Shown here: in pieces, positions 42,469 through 50,856 of the stretch
How positions within the stretch are numbered: the first letter of the stretch is position 1
Layout: every line of letters begins with the position of its first letter
From: Candidatus Melainabacteria bacterium
GTDB lineage: Bacteria > Cyanobacteriota > Vampirovibrionia > Obscuribacterales > Obscuribacteraceae
Assembly (NCBI GenBank): GCA_963845445.1
Contig: CAWJSE010000001.1
Span: 6,684 to 70,683, forward strand
Direction: 5' to 3'
Length of the DNA stretch: 64,000 nt
Made by a program: the position numbers and the translations under genes
The notes under the pieces: model-generated
The model's database searches: none
What the model was told of the DNA's origin: nothing
Seen by the model: the letters and a program-made list of their open reading frames with translations, nothing else

Positions 42469-43593
42469 TTATAATACTCCCACTTTCTCGGCATGCACAG
42501 CCATGCCCAAGTCAATAATGGTAGAAATGAAAGTGCGGGGGTTAAATTTAACTCCTCCTTTTCCTTTCATACCGCCTTTAGCCTTTATTGGAATATCCTG
42601 CAAGGAAGCTTGCTGAAATACGTATGATGAGGGCACCATTATAGTTCCTGTGTGGGGTTCGCTAATATACACCGTCTCTTTGTCTTTCAAGAAACCATCA
42701 ACCCGTCCGTACCCTTGTATATTCAGCATCCGATATACTTTTACGGCAATATCTTGAATCTCTTTAATTTTTGCTTCCGGTGCGCGAATTGGCGTGTGGT
42801 AGACTGCTTGTCCAGGCATATATTTGTTTTCGTAAGTAAAAATATCGCCGGCAAATTCGACTTCTGAGGGTAGCATTGCAACGGGCTCTTCGCCGCCAAC
42901 TACTACACACATAAACTCTTGTGCTTTAATAAATTCTTCAATGAGCAATTCATCGTCCCACTTAAATGCTTCCTCTAGAGCTGTAGCCAACTTATCAGCG
43001 CTGCGCACAGAGGATACGCCAATGCTTGAGCCCTCAGCTACCGGTTTGACTATAACTGGAAAACCGAAGCGACTTTCTATTTCTTCAATTACCGACTCAA
43101 TTGTGCGCGTCTTACCATAATCGGCTCTATAAAGAAGAATGTCTTCGGCAACTGTTATGCCATTCGCCCGCAAAAAGCGCTTGTGGACGCCTTTGTGCAT
43201 ACAAACTGCTGAAGACAAAATACCAGAACCAGAATAAGGAACTTTCACCAACTCTAATACACCCTGTATTGCACCATCTTCGCCATATTTTCCTAGCAAA
43301 GCTATAAAAGCAAAATCAATTATATTAGAGAGCTCTTCAAAACGTATATGCTGCGCAGAAGCTTCCAGTTTTTCTTCTACATCCTTGGTGGTATTCATCA
43401 GCACCAGCTTTGGTGGCAGGCGCCAAATCAAACCAGAATAGCTCATATATAAGGGGATAGCTTCAAATTTCGATGAGTCCAGCAGGTTTAGCACATACCT
43501 ACCTGTAGCCAGGGATACTTCCTTTTCTGCTGATTTGCCACCAAAGAAAACGCCCACTTTGAGTTTTTTCTTTTGATTTTCTATTTCTGTCAC
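42469..43593 (-). CDS. D-alanine--D-alanine ligase family protein, paralog A (divergent C-terminus)
   Basis: KVGVFFGGKSAEKEVSLATGRYV, GKYGEDGAIQGVLELVKVPYSG, IVKPVAEGSSIGVSSV and RVDGFLK...YISEPHTGTIMVPSS. It sits 2 nt upstream of paralog B. Confidence 0.75.
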   Translation of the reverse strand: MTEIENQKKKLKVGVFFGGKSAEKEVSLATGRYVLNLLDSSKFEAIPLYMSYSGLIWRLPPKLVLMNTTKDVEEKLEASAQHIRFEELSNIIDFAFIALLGKYGEDGAIQGVLELVKVPYSGSGILSSAVCMHKGVHKRFLRANGITVAEDILLYRADYGKTRTIESVIEEIESRFGFPVIVKPVAEGSSIGVSSVRSADKLATALEEAFKWDDELLIEEFIKAQEFMCVVVGGEEPVAMLPSEVEFAGDIFTYENKYMPGQAVYHTPIRAPEAKIKEIQDIAVKVYRMLNIQGYGRVDGFLKDKETVYISEPHTGTIMVPSSYVFQQASLQDIPIKAKGGMKGKGGVKFNPRTFISTIIDLGMAVHAEKVGVL

Positions 43594-43820
43594 CTCGACC
43601 CCTCTTTAAACTAATAGCCAAAATTTGACGTTGTCAATATAGACTTATTATCTTAACCTGTATTTTAGCGCGATATTGATTGCTCCCAGTAAGAAAACGG
43701 TTAAAACCTATCCACTCAATGTCATAAAGTCTGACAAGAATGTAAGAGATTCATCCAATCTTGAGCATAGCTTGGATCCATAATAATTTTGTCGCGAACA
43801 AAAAACTATGGAGAGTAAAA

Positions 43821-44282
43821 ATGCCAGGTATCATTCCGGTTGTGCTTTTAACAATTTCAAACATATTCATGACTTTTGCGTGGTATGGGCATCTTCGCTT
43901 TAAATCTTCTCCTATTTGGGAAGCTATTTTGTTCAGTTGGTTAATCGCTTCTTTAGAATATTGTTTTCAGGTGCCAGCCAATCGTCTAGGTAGTTATCAT
44001 TTCACTACTGCGCAGCTAAAGATAATTCAAGAAGTTATAACATTGGTTGTATTTTCGATTTTTTCTGTTCTTTATCTAAAAGAACAATTGCGCTGGAATT
44101 ATCTTGTAGCATTCGTTTTTCTGATGGCAGCAGTATGCCTAGTTTTTATAAACTTCAAAGACCCAGTTATCGCTCACAAAATTAGCAATTCGAATGCCTC
44201 AATAGAGGAAACGTTGTTGGGTAGAGTAAAGACAAATGAGAACACCTCTAAGCAATATCTTGGCAGGACTGATAGTGCATAA
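43821..44282 (+). CDS. DMT-superfamily small membrane protein (DUF486-like)
   Basis: ATG 43821 gives MPGIIPVVLLTISNIFMTFAWYGHLRF and four predicted helices. The family assignment is from memory. Confidence 0.6.
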   Translation: MPGIIPVVLLTISNIFMTFAWYGHLRFKSSPIWEAILFSWLIASLEYCFQVPANRLGSYHFTTAQLKIIQEVITLVVFSIFSVLYLKEQLRWNYLVAFVFLMAAVCLVFINFKDPVIAHKISNSNASIEETLLGRVKTNENTSKQYLGRTDSA

Positions 44283-44408
44283 TGCCGGTTACAATGTAGG
44301 CTTTGCTTCATTGGCTACAATAGCTTTAATTGGCATAATAGTTTGTTATTTCGGGCTTAATGAAACTATGACAAAGGTTTGAAGTTAATAAGTTGAGAGT
44401 CAAATAAA

Positions 44409-45667
44409 ATGGCAAAAATCCTTCTTCTTACCGACAAGATCCAAAGAGTCTTAATTGAGACTTTGAACAAACTAAAACATAAAGTCCTGGAAATAGAGTC
44501 TCCCGACCTGTTAATCAACGACTTAAAAGATAACGACACAGATTTAGTGATCATCGACCAAAACAATACAAAATTTGCTCTAAAATCACTGGAGCTGGTA
44601 AAGAGCAGTAGTCTTTCAAATAACATTCCCGTGATTATGATAACTTCTGCGGCAAATAGTAACGAAATAATTGAAGCAATGAGATTAGGTGCTTTCGATC
44701 ATTTAAATAGTCCATCGCAAATTGAAGAATTGCAAAGTGTAATATATAGAGCCACTACAAAACCAAAACAAAATATTGGATCTGACCCAAATCAAATAGA
44801 CGAAGACTTTTTGTTAGGGTTAAGTCCGGTTATGCGCCAAATTGAAAAGGTCATGGGTATGGCAGCCGCTTGTGATGCCACAGTACTAATTATTGGCGAA
44901 ACTGGCACTGGTAAAGATACAGTCTCTCGCACAATTCACAGACATAGCATGCATAAGGCAGAGCCATTAACTATATTAGATTGCACTGCTGTTCCCGAAG
45001 ACTATCAGTCGTTTCAATCCCTACTTCCGGGACGCAAAGGCACGGTAATTCTTGATGAAATAGGCGATTTAAATTCGCAAATGCAAGCGATGTTAGTGCG
45101 CGCTCTTAAAGAAGCACCAATAAGACATGCTCCTGATAAAATAGCGAATGTCCGTATAATAGCTACTACTCAATATGATCTTGTGAATATGGTCAAAGAA
45201 AAGCGCTTTAGAGAAGATCTTTATTATCGCTTGAACGTGCTATCAATAATCTTACCGCCGTTGAGAGAGCGTGGATCCGATATTCTTGTTTTGGCAGAAG
45301 CTTTTTAGCTCAAGCGCGTCCAGAAGAGCCTAAGAAATTGAGCAGCGCTGCTGCTAAACGATTACTTGAATATGAGTGGCCAGGTAATGTGAGGGAGCTG
45401 CAAAATTTAATGTACCACCTAACAGCTACAGTACGCTCCTTAATCATCAATGATACAGACTTGGATTCCGTTAGGAAGCCAAAAACAAATGAAGAAAACG
45501 AGTTAGAAGATCTAGACTATTACAAGAATATAGCAGGTATGGAGAAGCAGTTATTAAAAAAAGCCTTGGAAAAATCCAATGGCAGTCGTATAGAAGCGGC
45601 CCGATTACTCGGCATAAATCGGCAGCTTTTATATGCCAAGTTAAAGGCTCACCGACTAATGAGTTAA
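44409..45667 (+). CDS. NtrC-family response regulator (REC-AAA+-HTH) lacking the GAFTGA loop (frame-shifted as assembled)
   Basis: ORFs 44409-45308 and 45338-45667. It has GETGTGKDTVSRTIH, VILDEIG, RFREDLYYRLNV, PPLRERGSDI, EYEWPGNVRELQN and C-terminal Fis-type HTH AARLLGINRQLLYAKLK. One extra T in T5 45302-45306 gives LAEAFLAQARPEEPKKLSSAAAK. Confidence 0.85.
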
Positions 45668-45687
45668 GCCAGGCGGAGGTATGCGAA

Positions 45688-46200
45688 ATGTCACCACACA
45701 AAGAATCTGAAATCAATAAACACAAAAAGGGGCACCATAATGTTGCTCATCAAGAATTCAACACTCCTGAAAATGCTATAAAATCTGTTGATACTTGTCG
45801 AAATTCGCTGCATTCGCTTGCTCCGGGTGCCGTATGGAGTCATCTCACCCACCACGGAGATTTTGATCTGAAAGGCTCTTTTAAAATAGCCGGAGAGATA
45901 GTGTTAGTTCTTCATTTTAGTCCTCAGGATGGCAGTATTCTGCCTAAGGGTTTGCACGGCTTAGGACGAGGAGAACCAGGTATTGTTCCCCTAGTTGAAA
46001 AAAAATTAGAGCAAATAAAAGCCGAATTTTTTGTTCTTGATGGAGCTGAATTCCGCGAGCCCGAGTCATGTTGGGCTATCCCTATCGCCTATCAAGGGAG
46101 AATAATAGGCCATATGAAAGTATCGGCTGATGGAAAGAAAATATTGCGCGATAAAAAAGCTACCGAAGAATTAGCTGCATCAAACCAAGATAAAGTCTAA
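45688..46200 (+). CDS. Hypothetical protein
   Basis: 170-aa ORF 20 nt downstream of the regulator; no recognisable motif. Confidence 0.4.
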   Translation: MSPHKESEINKHKKGHHNVAHQEFNTPENAIKSVDTCRNSLHSLAPGAVWSHLTHHGDFDLKGSFKIAGEIVLVLHFSPQDGSILPKGLHGLGRGEPGIVPLVEKKLEQIKAEFFVLDGAEFREPESCWAIPIAYQGRIIGHMKVSADGKKILRDKKATEELAASNQDKV

Positions 46201-47136
46201 TTAGTTGTGATTAAAAAGCCCTTGCCATAAGCGTTTAAATATGGGCTCTTTCCTCGCCTGCATTTCAAGATCCGATTGCTTTTGCCATTCCATTAATTTA
46301 GCTTCTTCCGGTATAACGAAATCAGGATCGATCTCGCGATATATATGGTAAAGCTCATAGCGAAGGTATTGAGCAGATACCGGTCTGTCCTCAGTGGAAG
46401 TAGCCGTCAATCGTCTCACTAAATTGCTGAGAGAAGGTAAGACGCTTGGATTTATGGTTGCCGGCGAAGAAGACAAAAGTGGCTTAGGCTTGACGCCGGT
46501 TAGCATTTGCCCCATTGTTGCACCTAAAGCATAAAGGTCGCTACGAAATTCCGGCTTACCATAATATTGTTCGGGTGGCGAATAACCGGTGGTGACCACA
46601 CGAGTCATAGTCATTGCTTGAGGCATGAGCGCTCGAGCAATACCAAAATCTATAAATACTATGTGTCCTTCTGGGGTAAGTATCAAATTACTTGGCTTAA
46701 GATCACGATAAATAATTGGTGGATTGCGCTTATGCAAATATTCCAAGACTTCACAACATTGGATAGCGATTTCCACCGTTGCTTGAGAAGAAAAGGTTTG
46801 CTTTAGTCGCAAAATCTGGTCCAAACTTTTGCCAGGGACATAATCCATGACCAGAAAATAATGTCCATCTTCGGTGGCATGGCTATCTATTAGGTGAACT
46901 ATGCCAGGATGATCGAGGAATTTTAAAACTTCCGCTTCTCGCTTGAATAAGCGGATTGCTTCTTGATGCTCATATTTACTAGTTGCCCGAATAATGAGTT
47001 GCTTGATTACACAAAGAGCATTGTCATTCATTTTATCTTCAGCCAAATAAATAATGCCCATTCCACCTTGAGCTAAAATCTGGCAAAAGGTGTACCTTTG
47101 GCTCCAATCATTTGAAGCAATAGGGCTAACGGACAA
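46201..47136 (-). CDS. Hanks-type serine/threonine protein kinase (catalytic domain only)
   Basis: GGMGIIYLA, VIKQL, YRDLKPSNLIL, DFGIAR and GYSPPEQ. TTG start preceded by GAGG. Confidence 0.9.
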   Translation of the reverse strand: MSVSPIASNDWSQRYTFCQILAQGGMGIIYLAEDKMNDNALCVIKQLIIRATSKYEHQEAIRLFKREAEVLKFLDHPGIVHLIDSHATEDGHYFLVMDYVPGKSLDQILRLKQTFSSQATVEIAIQCCEVLEYLHKRNPPIIYRDLKPSNLILTPEGHIVFIDFGIARALMPQAMTMTRVVTTGYSPPEQYYGKPEFRSDLYALGATMGQMLTGVKPKPLLSSSPATINPSVLPSLSNLVRRLTATSTEDRPVSAQYLRYELYHIYREIDPDFVIPEEAKLMEWQKQSDLEMQARKEPIFKRLWQGLFNHN

Positions 47137-47470
47137 ATCTATTTACCTCTTAATTAATTCCCAGCTCTTTGGACAAAATATGATCATTGGCAAAAACTAG
47201 AAAATTTATCTCTGGTGTGTCAATGACATCAACCAAATTATCCACCATAAGGGTATTACTTTTTAACTTCCCATTTATCGCCACATAGAATCCCTTGGTA
47301 TTGATACTATGCTCGATTACTTTCAAAGGAAGTCATTTCGGTGCTGATCGAGGCAATACAGCTTGCCATCTACAAAAAGAGCATTAGCCATCCGCCTTCT
47401 ATTTAGCACTCAAGGCGCTCTACCAATCATAATTTTGTGCGCCGTCATAAGTTGTTTTACGATGTTGTAC

Positions 47471-47499
47471 TTGACATGGAAAGCTTACAGATTTAATAT
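47471..47499 (+). promoter_or_regulatory. Candidate sigma-70 promoter upstream of ssb
   Basis: TTGACA (47471-47476), 17 nt, then TAATAT (47494-47499). This would give a leader of about 180 nt before the ssb ATG at 47688. Confidence 0.35.
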
Positions 47500-47687
47500 T
47501 CTGGCCGCTTGACCTACGTATGTATGGTATGTTAATCTGTCCTCATGAATGAATAGGGTAATAAATAACCCTCATTTCTCAAAATAAAAAATCGAATAAG
47601 TGATGCATTTAAATGTGCGCTTCGGTCACTGACCTAAGGGTGAGCGCTGTTTTGGGCATGAGGGTCTAGAAAAGGTGTGAGGTCAAA

Positions 47688-48254
47688 ATGAGTTTAGCCA
47701 ATATATCAATAGTAGGAAATTTAGTTAAGCCGCCTGAACAAATGCACTTTGTAAGTGGAAAAATCAAAACAACTTTTACAGTGGCAGTAAATGGTTTTGG
47801 TAGACCAGCTCGTGGTGGCGATACTGCTGACTTTTATCGGGTAGAAACATGGGGTAAATTAGCCGAATTAGCTGGCAAATATTTAGATAAAGGCAATCAA
47901 ATTACTGTATCTGGCAGACTTCTTTTTGACCGCTTTGTTGATCAGCAGGGCAAAAATAGAGTTATTCCAGTAGTAGAAGCTAATCAATTATCTTTGCCGC
48001 CAAGACCGAAAGCAGGCACCATTGGTGGTGTGGACCATGATGAAAATACTGATATGCGTGAATCTTCTGCCACCAAAAACAGTATTCCTATCAGCGGGCA
48101 AATCGCCTTGGTTGACCGAGACAATACTATAGAAGAAATCTTTGCCGGCAGTGCTGTGGAAGAACAAGCATCGGCTGATTTCAACCTGGTTGAACTAGAA
48201 AATAAAGTTAAAGCCAAAAGCAAAAGACAGGAGAAAGTTGCTATAGGCCAATAG
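47688..48254 (+). CDS. ssb: Single-stranded DNA-binding protein
   Basis: OB-fold N-domain: NISIVGNLVKPPE...TFTVAVN...DFYRVETWGKLAELAGKYLDKGNQITVSGRL. The C-terminus is not the acidic DDDIPF type. Confidence 0.85.
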   Translation: MSLANISIVGNLVKPPEQMHFVSGKIKTTFTVAVNGFGRPARGGDTADFYRVETWGKLAELAGKYLDKGNQITVSGRLLFDRFVDQQGKNRVIPVVEANQLSLPPRPKAGTIGGVDHDENTDMRESSATKNSIPISGQIALVDRDNTIEEIFAGSAVEEQASADFNLVELENKVKAKSKRQEKVAIGQ

Positions 48255-48282
48255 TTTTTCTTGAATATGCTCAAGAGAAGTT

Positions 48283-48320
48283 AAAGAAAGGAGAGGTTGG
48301 GCCACCTCTCCTTTCTTTTT
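48283..48320 (+). terminator. Rho-independent terminator of ssb
   Basis: aaagaaaggagaggt-tgggcc-acctctcctttcttt forms a 15-bp perfect stem running into a T-tract. Confidence 0.75.
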
Positions 48321-48438
48321 GTATACTATCTGGCTATATATTTGCTATTGCACCATGCCTTTATGGTTTTTAAAGCTGTGCAAACCATCTCTCAGGGCCG
48401 TTCTGTTATCCATCTCTCAGGGCCGGACCTTATAAAAG

Positions 48439-48515
48439 TGGTACCCTCGGAGGGATTCGAACCCCCGACACCCGCCTTAGGACGGCGGTGTTCTATCCAG
48501 CTGAACTACGAGGGC
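48439..48515 (-). tRNA. tRNA-Arg (anticodon CCU)
   Basis: Reverse complement is GCCCTCGTAGTTCAGCTGGATAGAACACCGCCGTCCTAAGGCGGGTGTCGGGGGTTCGAATCCCTCCGAGGGTACCA. It forms a cloverleaf with anticodon loop GTCCTAA and T-loop TTCGAAT. Confidence 0.9.
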
Positions 48516-48839
48516 AAATGTTGTTTGTACAAGACTTTCATGGTTTCGATGAAAAATATTCTAAAAGACTGGGGATGTATTTGGATTGCAATTGAAGTCA
48601 AGATACACCTTTCTAAAGGAAAACCGACTAGGTTGATAAGAGCTAACTGCTAAGATAAAAGTCTACCTTACCATCGGCAAATTGAAAAACTAATTGGGAG
48701 TCAGTCAATTAATTGGCTTTACAACATCGGTTGATTGACCATGATTGCTTTCTGCTTGCATCTGCAAAACATTAATGACAATTGTGCAGACGTTCTTGCT
48801 GATCAGTGCACACGATCCGTTGGCTTTTGATCAGCTGAT

Positions 48840-49090
48840 GGTAGCATAGCATGGGAGGCATGATACTGTATATGGTGCCAGGCTGGTAAAAGAATTCTTT
48901 GCCTGACTCCCCATAGCGCCCAAAGAGCTGTCATCATATGCAGTTAAGACAAATTCCATAGCTATTTCCTAACCTAAGTTAATTAACGATTGAGTATAAA
49001 AAAACCACCAGCGGCAGCATGAATCAATACTGTTTCGCCAGGTTTCATTTTGTGAAATTCATGGACTAAATATGACAATCAAAACAAGAT
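48840..49090 (-). pseudogene. Decayed remnant of an MDR/quinone-oxidoreductase-type dehydrogenase
   Basis: The minus strand reads SYLVHEFHKMKPGETVLIHAAAGGFFILNR*, matching the family's KPGETVLIHAAAGGVG nucleotide-binding motif. Stops follow. A further fragment, VLTAYDDSSLGAMGS, lies in another frame. The extent is approximate. Confidence 0.35.
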
Positions 49091-49121
49091 TAGCATTTTC
49101 TGAAGCAAGATTTAAGCCAAA

Positions 49122-50726
49122 TTATCTTGAAGCTGGTGGTGCAAAGATCTGATTATTACCATAAGCAGCTGCAGGAACAATAGGACTGACAGATCTTTGA
49201 GATAAATACATCAGCGGATCAACTAATACGGTACCCAAACCGAGGATAAGCACAGAACATAAAACAAGAGCTATTTGCGGACCAATTTGTATCAATTTCA
49301 TATCGTCGCTTTCTTTATCCGGCAAAGCAAGTACAGAAGGGCTTGGCTCTTGGGCAATCATTTTGATTACTACTCTGGTGTAATAATAAATGGCTGGAAT
49401 AGTGGTAATCAAACCAACAGCTACAAGTATTGGTCCAACCGGCACGCCAAAAATGGGCCAGGAGGCAGAAAAGCCTGAGGTGAAAATGAAAAATTTAGCT
49501 AAAAATCCAGCAGGAGGAATAGGCAAGCCGGCTAGATTGACTAAACAAAGAGAAAGCAAAAGAGCAATAAATGGTCTCTTCTTAATCAAACCAGCATAAT
49601 CACTGATGGTATCACTACCGGTTTCGTTGCTAAAAATAATTGCACCGGCAAAAGCACCAAGGTTCATTACACCGTAAATAATAAGATAGAAAACCATTGC
49701 ACTAAGGGCTTTTTGTACTTGCGCAGCATTATCAACTTGAGCAGCCGCCGCAAAACCAATAAGAATATATCCAACATGAGCAATAGAAGAATAAGCAAGC
49801 ATTCTTTTGAAAGAAGTTTGGGCAAGAGCTAATAAATTACCAATAATCATCGATAAGATCGCCAATGCTACCAAGATCAATCCCCAGTCTTGGCTGGAGC
49901 TTTTAAATACGACCATGAGCAATCGTAAGGCCACTACAAAGCCGCCCGCTTTGGATCCAATCGAAAGGAAAGCGGTGACTGGGGTAGGTGCACCTTCGTA
50001 GACGTCTGGTGCCCACATATGGAATGGTGCAGCTGAGAGTTTAAAGCCCACCGCGCTCAACACCAGAACTAACAAAAACATCACTAGTAATGATGTGGGT
50101 GGCAAGGACAAATATGTCATTTGCTCACGGATTATTTCAAAATTAGTAGAACCCGTTAAGCCATATATAAAAGACAAACCATAAAGCAAAGTGGCTGTTG
50201 TGGCAGCCGTAGATAGTAAATATTTAAGCGAAGCTTCGGAGCTTCTTTTATCCTTTTTAGAGAAACCGGCCAGTATTACACAACAAATGGTAAGGGTCTC
50301 GATACCGACAAATAGCATTATGAGATCAGTGGCACCAGCTAATAACATCACAGCCAATACGGCTGTCAAGATAATGGCATAGAATTCGCCGACGTTTTGG
50401 CCTAAATTTTGTTCATAGCCACTGGTTAGAAAAACGACAACCATAGCCACCGCTAAAGAGATAAGTCCAAAAGCGATGGTTAGATGATCTATGGTAAAAA
50501 GGCCGCCGAAAAGCGAAATAGGCTTGCCCAGATCCTGCAGAGCTAAATCTTGCAAGAGCAAAACTAAAAAACTGCCAATGCAACCGAAAAAACTTATGCA
50601 TGCAGTAAATACTTTCAATTTAGGGAAGAATAAATTCCATAAACTGGCAATGAGTATTGTTACGACCAAAATTGACTCTGGTAGCAATAATTGCCAAGCT
50701 ATTTGAAATCCCTGCACACTGTTCAT
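49122..50726 (-). CDS. nuoN: NADH-quinone oxidoreductase subunit N / NdhB (antiporter-like subunit)
   Basis: 534-aa polytopic protein with SLKYLL...A..LYG.S.IYG.TGS, APFH.W.PDVYEGAPTPVTAF and MLAYSSI.H.GY blocks. Confidence 0.85.
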   Translation of the reverse strand: MNSVQGFQIAWQLLLPESILVVTILIASLWNLFFPKLKVFTACISFFGCIGSFLVLLLQDLALQDLGKPISLFGGLFTIDHLTIAFGLISLAVAMVVVFLTSGYEQNLGQNVGEFYAIILTAVLAVMLLAGATDLIMLFVGIETLTICCVILAGFSKKDKRSSEASLKYLLSTAATTATLLYGLSFIYGLTGSTNFEIIREQMTYLSLPPTSLLVMFLLVLVLSAVGFKLSAAPFHMWAPDVYEGAPTPVTAFLSIGSKAGGFVVALRLLMVVFKSSSQDWGLILVALAILSMIIGNLLALAQTSFKRMLAYSSIAHVGYILIGFAAAAQVDNAAQVQKALSAMVFYLIIYGVMNLGAFAGAIIFSNETGSDTISDYAGLIKKRPFIALLLSLCLVNLAGLPIPPAGFLAKFFIFTSGFSASWPIFGVPVGPILVAVGLITTIPAIYYYTRVVIKMIAQEPSPSVLALPDKESDDMKLIQIGPQIALVLCSVLILGLGTVLVDPLMYLSQRSVSPIVPAAAYGNNQIFAPPASR

Positions 50727-50856
50727 TTATATTTCGCCTTCACCGTAATTCGATTCTTCTGAATCTACATTTTTCTTCATTCTAACGAGCATTCTCATTG
50801 CACTATCTCAAATTAGTCCTTATTCGTAATATACTTCGTTACATGAGGTATTTAAT

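Noticed and set aside
41408-43593. Van-type glycopeptide-resistance cluster suggested by the two ddl-like genes
   Set aside because: No vanH-like dehydrogenase, vanX/Y peptidase or vanRS genes are adjacent. The neighbours are an SPFH protein and a small DMT-like membrane protein.
48297-48653. 118-aa plus-strand ORF
   Set aside because: It begins inside the ssb terminator hairpin and runs antisense across tRNA-Arg(CCU). There is no supporting motif.
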